64,000 nucleotides of DNA from the human T2T-CHM13v2.0 reference genome, Homo sapiens, in assembly GCF_009914755.1 (NCBI RefSeq), contig NC_060932.1. The stretch is one strand, 5' to 3'. This document shows positions 27,112 to 41,470 of this stretch, piece by piece; positions within the stretch are counted from its first letter, which is position 1, and every line of letters begins with the position of its first letter. A program made the translations under genes and the position numbers. The notes beneath the pieces are model-generated. The model saw nothing but the letters and a program-made list of their open reading frames with translations, was not told the DNA's origin and ran no database searches.

Positions 27112-27491
27112 TACGATGCAATGGGAGAGCATGAGGGCTTAATACACAGTGGCTGCTATTATTAATATTGCTACAGCCAAATTACAAACAGATCCTACAA
27201 GTGTTGAAGCCACTAAATTTGAAGAAATCATAAGTGATCAGACTTGGAGGAGACCTGAGCTACTATTCAGTCCAAACTTTGATTAATTCATCTGTAATTC
27301 ATATAAATGATACCACTGAAAAGTCAGGATTTTTGCTTGGACTTGTAAACTACAGAATGCCTGATTTGAGATATAAGTCAATATCCAATCAGGCCTTAAG
27401 TTTTAGTAATGCAGCGGGCATCATTTTCCCAACGATTCCACTTCCCACAGGAAGTTGAGCACACTTTGGACTCACGGTGGTGGGCACTTAC

Positions 27492-27664
27492 TCTCCACTG
27501 TGGTTGAGGTTGTCATAACGCAGAAAGAGGCCTGCGTAGACGGTCTCAGTGAGCAGGGCATAGATGGCAATCATGATCAGCAGCACTGCCAGCTTCAGGA
27601 CGGAGTTCAGCCGGAGGAAAACTGCACAGGTCACCATGGCCAACACCCCCGTGAAGACAAAGTA
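27492..27664 (-). CDS. ADCY8: ADCY8 coding exon (about exon 12), 173 nt: [57 protein letters not shown](E)
   Basis: Acceptor ttctctgtttccag|TAC; donor GGAGA|gtaagt. It has 57 codons plus GA and contains an NHS sequon. Lies within ORF 27488..27697. Confidence 0.96.
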
Positions 27665-27739
27665 CTGGAAACAGAGAATGCAGGTGGTCAGATTCAATGG
27701 GGGCAGCAGTTCCCTCTCCTAGCCATGGATGCTAGTAGG

Positions 27740-28745
<1,006 letters not shown>

Positions 28746-31339
28746 CTGCTTAAATTGCAAATTTGGAATTAGCCAAGAGCTGGAATATTAGAGTAGCCCT
28801 TAGGTGTCAGTCTACCCCACCAGATTTCAGCCTTTTATGGGAAGCTCCCCAGCCTATTCCTTCCCTTAGAGAAGTATCCTAATATATCATTCTGGATGGT
28901 GGGTTCAGACTCTGACTATCAGGAACAAAAAACAAAAAGAATAAAACTTGCATTATCAAAGGCCCATTTTGTGGCAATATTGTGATCTCTATACACATTT
29001 TCACTTGTAACATTCAAAGTAACTGGTCAAGATGGGAGTCATAATTCCTATTTTATAGGTTAAGAAACTGAGGTTCATAGAGCTTAAGTAAATTGTCCAA
29101 GATCTCTTGGCTATAAAGTGGCATCTAGGTCACCAGGATATAACCAATTCACGTAAATGGGACTCTAGTTAAAATATTGGACTTGATAATTTCTAAAATT
29201 CTTTTTGGTCTTGTTATACATGGCTGTTTGTAACAACTTGTCTTTTCTATTACATAGACAATTTTTGTATGGGCAGGGGTGTTGGGTAAGAATTTCCAAA
29301 AATGTCTAAGTAATTACTGAAGATTGTTTACAGATTTCTAAGCCTAGCTGGCTAATTTATGCATCCTTTCAACAAATGTTGACATTGACAAGTGTGGAGA
29401 GTGTCCTGACTGTGTTCTCTCAGAGGGCAAAGGCCCCATGCCTTTGTGGTACATGGGGTGGACTCATAAGTGAAAAAGGCATTTCCTTGCCATTAGGAGC
29501 CTAGTGTCTAGTGTCTCCTTTACTTCTGTCTTTTCCTTTTCCAAGAAATCCAATTATTTTCTGGTCTCAAATGGGATGATAGGCTTTCTTCAGCTATCCT
29601 TTAAGATCTTGGGGAAGATTTTTAGGTAATTCATTTTGATGCCTCTGTATAGGAAGCTGTGTCTGAAGTGACTGGGCAATAAGAAGTTCATTCTCCAGAG
29701 CTCATTTTCTGCTCCAGAAACAAGAGTTTTCAGAGGAGCCTTTTAAATGACAACAAAGAGTTTTCAAAATAATTTTAAACTGGAAAGCAGGGTGTAAAAT
29801 TATATATATACTATGATTACAAGAATGCAAAATATGTCTACACAGACATGACATGGCTTTTGAGTGGATTATTTCCTTTTGTAATGTCCTTTAGTTTTAT
29901 TTTAATGTGCAATATCAAATGAAACAGTAGGTTGAATACAGTGTTTTGGGGTAAATCCCTGTACTCCAGAGAACTCTGACTCCCATATAGTAATGGGGTT
30001 CTCTGTTTTTTCCCAGACCTTTTAATGATAAAAAATAATAATGCCAAGATTTGTATGAGAAATGTTAGGTAGTGAGCAAAGTTCCCAGCAATCTCTGATA
30101 CAGGAAGCAGACAAGCTATGCATTGTAAGTGCATCACCTTTGCCTTGGGAAAGTATATAATGACACCTCAGTTTTTACCGTTAAAAAAAATTGGTTAGGA
30201 AAAAGAAGTCAAAGGCATTTCAATAGGTAAAATAAAATGTAGACAGGAGAAGACAAAAAACCCCTACAGACGTGGAGGTGTGAAAGAGACCAGATTCATC
30301 TTACATTAGATGAACTCCAGGTAAGATTGGTGGAGGGACCAGCTGGGTTGGGGATGTCTGTAAATCAGCGATTAAGTTGGTGGAAAGTAGATGTAACAAT
30401 TAAACCTAAATATTTATTGGGCACGTATTCTGTGAATGACTTTGAATGACTTTATGTGTTTCATCTCATTTAACTCCTTAAATGACCCAAGGACAGGTAT
30501 TATTCTTGGGTCCACTTTAAAGAAGAGAGGAAGTATATGTAACACTTTTCTTCTTCTGAATATACAAGGTTTTCTTCTCTCAGATAGATATTCTGGCTTG
30601 GGAGATCAATTTCTTCAATGTCTGTACTGAAAAAATTGGAATCTCATGATATGACAAGGTGTTAAGGGCAGCAACAACTGAACCTGTTTCCATGAAACAA
30701 ACAGTTTACAAACTAAATCATGCATTTTCCCACAATTGTTGACTGAGAACCCACTACACACCAAAAACTGTGCCAGGCTGGAAGGACATTGTCAATGCAC
30801 CATGAATTGCCTTGGCAATATATGCACAATTTACTCTTAGAAGAGGAGGAAGAAGAATTATTTTAGACAATGATAACTGACGAGGGAATTGAGCATCTAC
30901 CCACATAAGTCAGACAAACTGGACTCCCTGGAGCTATCTGGTTGCTGCCAAAATCCCATAACATCATGAACTCATGAGACAAGAAGAAAAGAAATCAAGC
31001 AGACAATTTTCAAAAGTCACTATAGTTTAAAGAAATCATCTGGACTTATTGCTTTACACAAAATCTGATTCTTAGCAACTGTAGCTCTTGGCATAAGCAA
31101 CACAGTGAAGTGTGTCCAGGCAAATGACAGAAGCTGCTCTGCTTCTTCTGAGACCAGCCTAGACTCTGCAGAATGTCGAGCAAGGAGGGCATCATAAACC
31201 TGGGGACCACCACAGGGTGATGGGAAGATGGCTGGTCTGACTCTCCAGGGTGTTCACTGGGTTGTGTTAATTAGGGGAAAAGAAAATTTTGTATGTGGTT
31301 GGTGCTCTAGTACACTCCTAGTGGTCCTTTGATTCATTC

Positions 31340-32920
<1,581 letters not shown>

Positions 32921-34579
32921 CCTTTCTCTTTAAATATTTTAAAACATAGATTGTGGGCCTTGTCCTGTGCTGGGCCCTTTAGTCAATCTTTAATAGCTAT
33001 ACAATATTATCTTCACTCCTTACGTCAATAAATTTGACAGGATGGAAAGGGTGTCCTAGATAAATAAATCAACTGTAGGAAGGATGGAGTGTGAATGCTA
33101 AGATGACACCATAAGGGTATGTGAGATGGCAGGAAGGAGAGTGACCTGAAGGAGTTGGGCCTGTCAAACCACATTATGGAAAAAGGGATGCTTGAAGGCT
33201 GGGTAGGACCTGAATAAATGGAGAAGAAAGGGAAGGAAATGCCAGCATGCCAAGACACAGATGATCACATCTCTATGGAAAAATGGGCTCTTCAGGACCC
33301 TTTAAAACCATAGCAAGCTCTGACTGCTCTTGCAGATACAGTGAACTGTTTATTCAGATGTGCCAGAGCATATAATAAAGGGGCGTAATTCTAAAGTGAG
33401 GGTCTTCCCACCGAATCTCCTGAGAACCACATCCAGATGTTTGAGATAATGACACTCTGGGTTTGTGCATGTGATTTGCATTCATTTCACAAACCTGTGC
33501 CTTTCTTTCTCCTTGACTACTCTCCAACCATGACTGGAATATAGCTTTCTTTACTTTCATTCCTGGCATCTTCACTCTTTTTTAGCATCTGACAAGCTTC
33601 GAATTTAGAACCAAGTTATACTTTATATCATACATTGTAAAAGCCTCATTTTTTGTATTACATCATCCAGTTTGATAACATGTTTTTGGACTGGATATTA
33701 TTTCTCATAGGGTGAGGCAGAAATGTCAGGTATACATTTGAAGAAACTGAGGATCACAAAGATGAAGCGATTTGCTTGGGGACACATACTTGTGAGTATA
33801 TGAGTGCTGGGGAGTTGGATTAACTCTTTCAGAAGGTCTGAATATCTAATCCATTTTAGTTTGGCAATGCCTAGTCAGTGAAGCATGTGTGCGCACATAC
33901 ACATGCACACGTATATGCACACACACATACATACATGTATCAGAATGTCAACTGGTGGGTCAGATCAGGTGGTTGTTGCAGCTGGTGAATTTGGCCTGTG
34001 GCTGTAGTTTGCTGACCTCCTGAACAAGATGACCGTTTCATTGTGGAGAAAATGGTAACATCAATCCATATTCATTTTATCTTACTTTTAAACATTTCTG
34101 TTGTTGAGTTGTATCATAACATACACGGGTATATTACGCACAGTGGTTCGGGTATGTACAGGTGTTTGACGATAACATACATTGGCATTACATGCTCAAA
34201 GCCCTTTTGTTGAAAATAATACATAAATCATAGCAGACATTTAATGAGCAGATACATTGTGCCAGGTGTGGCTTCTAAACACTTTATATGGATTAATTCA
34301 CTTAATTCTTGTAATTAACCAATAAGGAAGGCCCTACTTTTATCCCCGTTTTACAGATAAGGAAACTGAGGCACTGAAACAAAGCTGTGTGATCAAAAAT
34401 CTTACCCACCACTTTCTTAGGATTTGGCTAATCTCTGAGTGCTGTGGTCTTGTGTTTGGGGGTTCAGGTGTTAGGTCAAGGGTATACAATATTAATTCAA
34501 AGTGATGTGTGGGCACAGATAAATAGCTGCTTCATGTCAGATGCCATGTGAAGAGCTAAATATTTGCTAACCCATCTAG

Positions 34580-34740
34580 GCAGGCACCATGAGAACACAT
34601 TGTTTAACTCCACAGTAGCCATGTAAAGAAGGTATTAATTTTCTCATTTTACAGATGAGGAAACTGAGGTCCAGAGAGGGTAAGAACTGATTCAAGGTTC
34701 CACTTCTAGCAAGTGAGGGGGCTTGATTGGAAACGAAAAC
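34580..34740 (-). mobile_element. MIR SINE
   Basis: Contains cattttacagatgaggaaactgaggtccagagagggtaag. A second MIR lies at about 34230-34380. Confidence 0.75.
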
Positions 34741-35711
34741 CAGCTTTCGCCTAGCTCTGACCATCCAATTCTGGGCCACTTACTCTCTCCAAAAGTTGAG
34801 ACATTCCCTAAGCCCCTCAAACCAAGAATTTCTCAGGGAGCCATTGTCCCACAGAGTACACTAAGCTGGGACTCCACTCATTCCTAGGTAGAAGGGAGTC
34901 CCAGGGCACATGGTCTGGCCCATGCAGCTCCTAAATGGGACCTAGTCCCATCCTGTCCTGCACATCCATTAGTAGAGTCTACTTTCTCCTCTAGGGACCA
35001 GGGAAGATAAAGAATAAGGTAGATATGGTTCAAATTATAGTATCAAGCCTTGATAATTGAATTAATAAAAGAAGGAAGGAAGGATAGAAAGAAGAAGGGA
35101 GGGAAAGAAGTGAGGAAGAAATAAGATCAGGCAGGTGTGGCCCTAACCAGCACTGAGCAAGCTGCTTTCTGAGCTCTAGTTTTATTATCTATAAGACGGA
35201 GACAGTAATAGCCTCTACCCCAGACATCTGAAGGATTTGATGATGTTATGCATATCAAGCAGGTGCTCTATGCAAATGGACGGACGGAGAGGAGGCTTGG
35301 TCTCCTTGTTGGAATGTTTCTGGGACCAATTCTTAGGCCTAGAAGAGACTACAGGGAGCCTTTTCTCCATTCATATGTTGGAGGGCCTTCTGAGTGTGGC
35401 AGCCTCTTAGAGAACAAGAATCTACCCAGAGTCCTAGGTATGGGGTTGGCTGGGGTCTGCTGGGACATGTTAACTGTTCTACTTTATGACCCAGAATGTC
35501 TACCCTAATATGTAAAGTTCTGGGTTGTGAATAACAGACCCCATAGGCTGACCCCAAGGCCCAGAAACAGACCACTGGCTCTGTGGTAAACATAGAGTAA
35601 GATACACATATTATGATCATAGGTGGCCTGTTGGGATGCCTACAGAACACATGGTGCTTCTGGCACTCTTTGTATCAGTTAAGTTTAGTTCTAATTTTCT
35701 GCCTTTGTAAT

Positions 35712-36263
35712 TCCCTTCCTCCCTCTCTTCCTTCTTCCCTCTCTCCCTCCCTCCCTCCCTTCCTTCCTTCCTTCATTCCTTCATTCCTTCCTTCCTTCCC
35801 CTTCTTCCCCTCCCTCCCTTCCTTCCTCCCTCCCTTCCTTCCTTTTCCTTCCTTCCTTCTCCTTCCTTCCCTCCTTCCTTCCTTCCCCTTCCTTCCTTCT
35901 TTCTTTCCTTCCCCTTCCTTTCTTCCCCTTACTACCTTCCGTCCTTCCTTCCCCTTCCTTCCTTCCTTCCCCTTCCTACCTTCTGTCCTTCCTTCCCCTT
36001 CCTTCCTTCCTTCCCCTTCCTACCTTCTGTCCTTCCTTCCCCTTCCTTCCTTCTCCTTCCTTCCTTCTCCTTCCTTCCTTCCCTCCCCTCCCTTTCCTTC
36101 CTTCCCTCCCCTCCCCTTCCTTCCTTCCTCCCCTCCCCTCCCCTCCCTTCCCTTCCCTTCCCTTCCCTTCCTTCCTTCCTTCCTTCCTTCCTTCCTTCCT
36201 TCCTTCCTTCTCCTTCCTTCCTTCCTTTGTTCCTTAATTCCCTCCCTCCCTCCCTCTTTCCTT
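35712..36263. repeat. Polypyrimidine tract of about 550 bp, (CCTT)/(CCCT)/(CCCTT)n
   Basis: Almost purely C/T; includes a perfect (CCTT)11 at 36166-36209. Confidence 0.95.
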
Positions 36264-36347
36264 CTGCAGCAAATACTGTTTGAGAAAGAACTCTGCCTGC
36301 TAATAGAGATAACAGTGCATTCTGCTACAGGATTTTACAAATAAGCT

Positions 36348-36588
36348 AGGAGAAATGCATAGAGAAGGAAGAGATAAGGGCAAATGGAAAATGGATAGAA
36401 GGAAAGGTGAAAAGGAAGAAAAGGAAGAGAAAGAGGGAGAAAGAAATGAGGAAGGGGTGAAGATGAAAAAGAGGCAGAGGAGGGGACAGGAAAGAGGACT
36501 GGGAAACAGAAAATATAAGGGGAGAAGGAAAGGCAGAAAAGGGAAAGAAGAAGAAAGGAAAGAAGAAGAGGCAGAAGAAGGAAAACAG
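36348..36588. repeat. GA-rich polypurine tract of about 240 bp
   Basis: Reads ggagaaatgcatagagaaggaaga...gaagaaggaaaacag, overwhelmingly A/G. Confidence 0.85.
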
Positions 36589-36694
36589 GCCTCTTGAGTA
36601 TTTTCTATGGCCCTTCAGCCAGTCTTGTTTATTTGGAGCTGGTAGAGATATATCTATGTCCAACTCTCACCAAGGGGAGCTCATAAATAAATAC

Positions 36695-36784
36695 CTCTGG
36701 GTAGGAGCAGATATCTGTAAACACAGCTGAGGAATTGAAAGTCAGGTTCTTCAAGGGTATCGACTTGTCAAAATCACACCACAG
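36695..36784 (-). CDS. ADCY8: ADCY8 cassette exon (about exon 11), 90 nt: [30 protein letters not shown]; extracellular loop with two N-glycosylation sequons
   Basis: Acceptor T16-aatccgcag|CTG; donor CCAGAG|gtattt. Exactly 30 codons, phase 0-0, with NLT and NSS sequons. Matches the 30-aa segment absent from the AC8-B isoform. Not in the ORF track. Confidence 0.95.
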
Positions 36785-37284
36785 CTGCGGATTAAAAAAA
36801 AAAAAAAAAGAACAACAAAAACAAAAACAGGAACAACAAAGTCAGTGTGAGTGCTGGAAATGGAGCAGTGTGCTATCAGTGGCTGGGCTTCAGCACGAGC
36901 CTGGGTAGACTGAACCCTAGAGGGGACTTGAAGTCAGAATGGAAGTGCCAAAGTGCCAGCTTTGATTTCTTTTATTTAAAAAACAAGTGCTTGCTCAGAA
37001 AGACCTTTTGTAAGCCAGTCATGAAACTAAGTTTAGACTGCTCTGTTGGCCCCATCATTTAAGGTCACTGGAGTGTGCTTGTGGAGCTCAGAAGAGAAAG
37101 CCAGATGGCAGGAGAAGAGGTCTTGGGTAAACTCATAGCCTGTCTCCAGATCAACAGCTGGGAGGACTTGAAGAATCTGAAGGGGTACATTTTCCAGAAA
37201 GACTCTTAGCACTGGGGTGATGGGCATTTCCTAGGACAGAAGTTGCTGCAGGAGATTTTGTGGTATTAGGAAAAGAATAACTAC

Positions 37285-37505
37285 CATTGGCCAAATGCCT
37301 CCTCTGTGCCAGACACTTTGTACAAAAAAGCCTCACAACCACCTTGTGATGTAGCTGCTATTTTTAATCCCCATTTTACAATTGAAAAATACGAAACTCT
37401 GAGAAGTAAAGTAACTTGTCCAGTGTCACTGAGCTGGTGACTGGTGGATCTGAGATTTGAACACAGGTCTATCTGACTCCAAAGCCTCTGATCTTCCTAC
37501 CACAC
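37285..37505 (-). mobile_element. MIR SINE
   Basis: Reads atccccattttaca...gtaacttgtccagtgtcac...gatttgaacacaggtctatctgactccaaagcc. Confidence 0.75.
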
Positions 37506-38384
37506 TACTCACTGAGGCACAGTTGGCCTCAGAGGTAACCCTGACCTACAGTCATTGGGCTTACTTACAAATTCTGCACCCCAGAAATATCTAATTTGTT
37601 ATCAAGACTTAATTTAAGGTCCTGGCTGCTTCTCTGCAGCCTGTGATCAATTGATCCCATGTACTTCCATTTCAGTTATCATAATCTATAAAATATTCAT
37701 TAGATGATGAACTAAATTAGATGATAATTTTCCTTTTCCTCTTTTCCTTTATCCACAGAGCCTTCACTAGAAGGACAACCACAGAACTTAAGTAAGGTAA
37801 TTACTGGGCCAAATTGGACAGTGATTTCAGGCAGTCTAGGGCTCCAAGTCACAGGCCAACAATTGTGGGAGTCTATAGCTTGGGTCCCTGCACACTTGGG
37901 GACCCTCCTTCAGGCCCAAAGGGCACAGTGATGGATTCAACCACATGACAATGCCTCAACTAGCCTCTCTCAACAAGCCAAGTTTAAGACCTGGAACCAA
38001 ACAAATCACCTCAAAAATCTAGCTGCCTGAGTCATGGACAACACAGACTACTTGTAAAAGCACAGAAAATACCTATAGCTACCATGGTACAATTCTTGAG
38101 AAAAAATGAAACCATGACAATGTGGGTCAGCAAATTAAACAGTGATAAATATCATGGCAGTTGGAAATTCATCTGAGTTCTATGTGTCACGTGAAATACA
38201 AACTTTTAGAAAGTATAGGTGAGATACTCAGCTTTCCTGAAATGCAGTTTCCTCATCCATTAAATGGGGACAATAATACCTACCTGTAGCACATAGTAGG
38301 TGCTCAATAAATGGCAGCTATTTCATTTCCATTTCCCCCACCCCACTCCCACTCCCAGAGATACAATTTAGCATATTAGAGGGG

Positions 38385-38560
38385 CGTGGGTCATGGAGTC
38401 AGACAGACCTTATTATCAAGTTATTTCATGTCTCTGAGCCTCAGTTTCCTCAGCCATAAAGTGGGGATAATTAAACTTACCTCACGGGGTTTATGTGAGG
38501 ATTAAATATGAAAAATATGTAAAGGTCCTCCTTCAGTGCATGGCACATAGCAGGTAGGTA
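38385..38560 (+). mobile_element. MIR SINE
   Basis: Reads ggagtcagacagacct...ctctgagcctcagtttcctca...tgtgaggattaaat. Confidence 0.75.
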
Positions 38561-38872
38561 CTGGTACTTGATACATGGTAACTCTTATTTATGATGTAAT
38601 TGGCTACTGACAATATGGAAATTGAAGGGCTTTTGGAACTCCTTTGGAGAAAATAACCTATCCCACTGGGAAATAGACAGTTTTCCAACAGTAAAATGCA
38701 CAGTTTTGGCAGTAGCCACATCTTTGTTATCTGTCCCTAAGCTTGGGGCTGGACCAGGCACATAAAGGTAACTGGTACCAAGGAAGGGTAATGCAGGAAG
38801 CTGCAGGCTCCATAAACTTCATGCTCAACTGCACACTAGACACCAGAGGGTTGGTGGATGTGGGATGCTTAC

Positions 38873-39074
38873 GATATTTAAGATGGCACCCAGGAAATTA
38901 ATCAAAATGGATGCAAAGATGATGACGTTCCGGGCCAAATAGGTCTCATTAATCCAACAGCAAGTTTTCCGGAGGATGAGGGGCAAACATTTATAATCCT
39001 CTGCTGTGGTGATGAGGACCAGAGCCGAGTGCAGCATAATCAGAATGGAGAACTGGATGGTCATTGGCATCACT
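38873..39074 (-). CDS. ADCY8: ADCY8 coding exon (about exon 10), 202 nt: (R)[67 protein letters not shown]
   Basis: Acceptor tttccctgcag|AGTG; donor AATATC|gtaagc. Lies within ORF 38825..39199 and encodes two hydrophobic helices. Length is 1 nt plus 67 codons. Confidence 0.96.
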
Positions 39075-40409
39075 CTGCAGGGAAACACAGAATGTTGGGT
39101 CATTGGCATCAATTGTCTGAGCAACACTGAAATTCTATTCCTGGTCTTCCTTTCCCATCCCTTGCATCGGATACTTCTTTGAAAGTTCTGTTTGTCCAAG
39201 AAAAAGGTTATTAGCAGGAGAGATTTTTAAAAATTACATGCATCCCTAGAGCACTCTCTCTATTGAGAAACTTTGCAAAAAAACAGAATATTTGGCTTGA
39301 TTTATTGCTCCTGCCCATTTTTTCCCTCCTATTAATTTTTGTCACTAGGCAATTGCTGTCATGGCAACACACCACTCTAGTTTGATATCAACACTCTGGC
39401 TGTGGGATGAACCCACATACCCTTTTCCCTTCAAGGTGGGTTTTGTGAAGATTTCCCCCTCCACCTATCCTGATACCAAGAACTGGATTTGGCATTGGTT
39501 TTAAGTTGCTCAGGTTGGTTCCTGGTTTTGTGGTTTTCATGGACTATACCATAAGTTATTTGAGACATGGGTAAGGAGAACTCATCCTTGTCCAAGGCAT
39601 CAGCATCACTCTCGAGTTTACATCTCGAGTTTCAAACTCTCATCAAAACTCTGTCCCATGGTAGCCTGTGTCAGTTGGACACCTGTGCTCGGTGTCAGGA
39701 TGCTTAGTCAGTCTGTGATCTAAAACTCCATCTCTGGAGGCATCTTTAACTCCTGTCTCCCCTATCAACCTATTTATCACCATGCAATCTGCTTCTCCTT
39801 GGGAATTAATTCTTTGTTCTCAACTCTGTGTAGCCATTCATGTCCTACACTGGCAGCTCTAATTTTTCCATCTCTATTTCAGGCAGCAAACTGATGCAGG
39901 TGTTAAAGGGTACCTTGATAGAAGTGGAGGGAAATTTTATATCTGCTCCTTTTTCTATAAATTGAGGTTTATTCATCTGGCATTAATATCTTCCATTGGC
40001 CAGTGCTAAATAAATGTGTGTTCAGCAAATAAAGTTGAACTCACCTTCTTTTCCTAACACCATCTCTTACTATCCTCCTCCTTAAACTTCTTATGTATTA
40101 TTAATAACACTAGTATAAATAATGTATCGAGATCTGATTATGTGTTAGCCACTATGCTGAGCATTTTATATATAATATCTAATTTCCATTCCTTAGAATG
40201 AACCAAAGAGGTCTTTTTATCTCTTTTTTTCCAGATGAAGATTCAAGGCTCAGAGGGAAGAAACTTCCCAGGCATCATACAGTTGGTCAGTGTTAGAGCC
40301 AGAATTTAAAGTCCACTCTGTTATACCGTTCTGATATTCTAATCACTTTGGTGAGTAATAGATCTCCCATGTTTGCAATCATCTTTTTTGCTTTTATGGT
40401 TTCATCATA

Positions 40410-41470
40410 ATATTTATTTATTCAACAAGTCTTCTTCCCAGGTATACAGTGGCAGGCATCAGGGTACTGGGGCCAAAGACACATCTTCCTCATCTAGGTG
40501 ATTATAATTGAGAGAGGAATATAAACATGCAAATGATGAACTATTATATAATATTCCGGGATCTATAAAGAGTTCTAAACAAACATCAACTGAAAAATAG
40601 GAAAGGGAATCAAGGGAGGCTTCATAAAAGAGGTGACATTGGGTTAGGCTGTGAAGGTTAAAGAGAAGGCTTGCAGGTAGGAAAGAGTGGGGAGCATGAG
40701 CAAAACATCAGAAGAATGGGAGTGACCAGTGTCTTCAGAGTTTCCCAGTAACCCAGGCAGTGTGGCTGTGCTCAGGAGCTTTGTCCTGTAGGCAATGTGC
40801 AGAAGGAAGTAATCAGATCTGCGTGTTTGAAAGACAACTGTGGTGGGAGGTGGAGGATGAAGTGAAGAGGAAACGTGTTCAGAAGAGTTAAATAGTTAAG
40901 GCATGAGTTAATGAGGGAGGAACACAGGGGAACAGTATGATAATTGGGGGGTGCAGGGAAAGATGTGGAGGTATATTAATCTGTGTTTTGTATGTATGTG
41001 TAGAGGGTATTTGAGAGAGGGAAGTCATTAACGATGACATTAATGTTTTTTATTGTAACTGGTAAATGCAGGAAAAGAAGCTAGTCTGTACAGGAGATAA
41101 GTTGATAAAGTTGATTTTGGACACAATGCATGTTTGGTACTTGTAGATCATTCAGTTACAGATATCTAGATGTCCAGGCAGTGAGGGACAATTGAGGAAC
41201 TCTGAGGCTGGAGGGAATAGGTGGTGATTGAGATCAAGGAATGGAAGCATTTGCCCAAGGATAGTGTGTACAGCAAGAATCAAGAGGACCCAAGATGAGC
41301 TGTGGGGGATGCTAATGGGCTGGAAGAAGAGAAGACAGCAAAGGGAGTTTATGAAGTGTGGTTAGATAAGCAGGAGAGCAGGAGTGCATGGCATCATGGC
41401 AGCAGGGGGGATAAGAAATTCACAAGGAAAGAGTAACCAAGAATGTCAATTTCCTCTGCATGATGAGGCT
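40410..41470 (-). mobile_element. L2 LINE fragment
   Basis: Reverse tail tttattcaacaag, with body motifs gggaggcttcataaaagaggtgacatt, ttttggacac and caagaggaccc. Confidence 0.6.

Noticed and set aside
35613-36663. Longest ORF (243 aa, P/S/F/L-rich) and neighbouring E/K/R-rich and F/S-rich ORFs
   Set aside because: Pure pyrimidine or purine tracts cannot encode stop codons, so these ORFs are artefacts.
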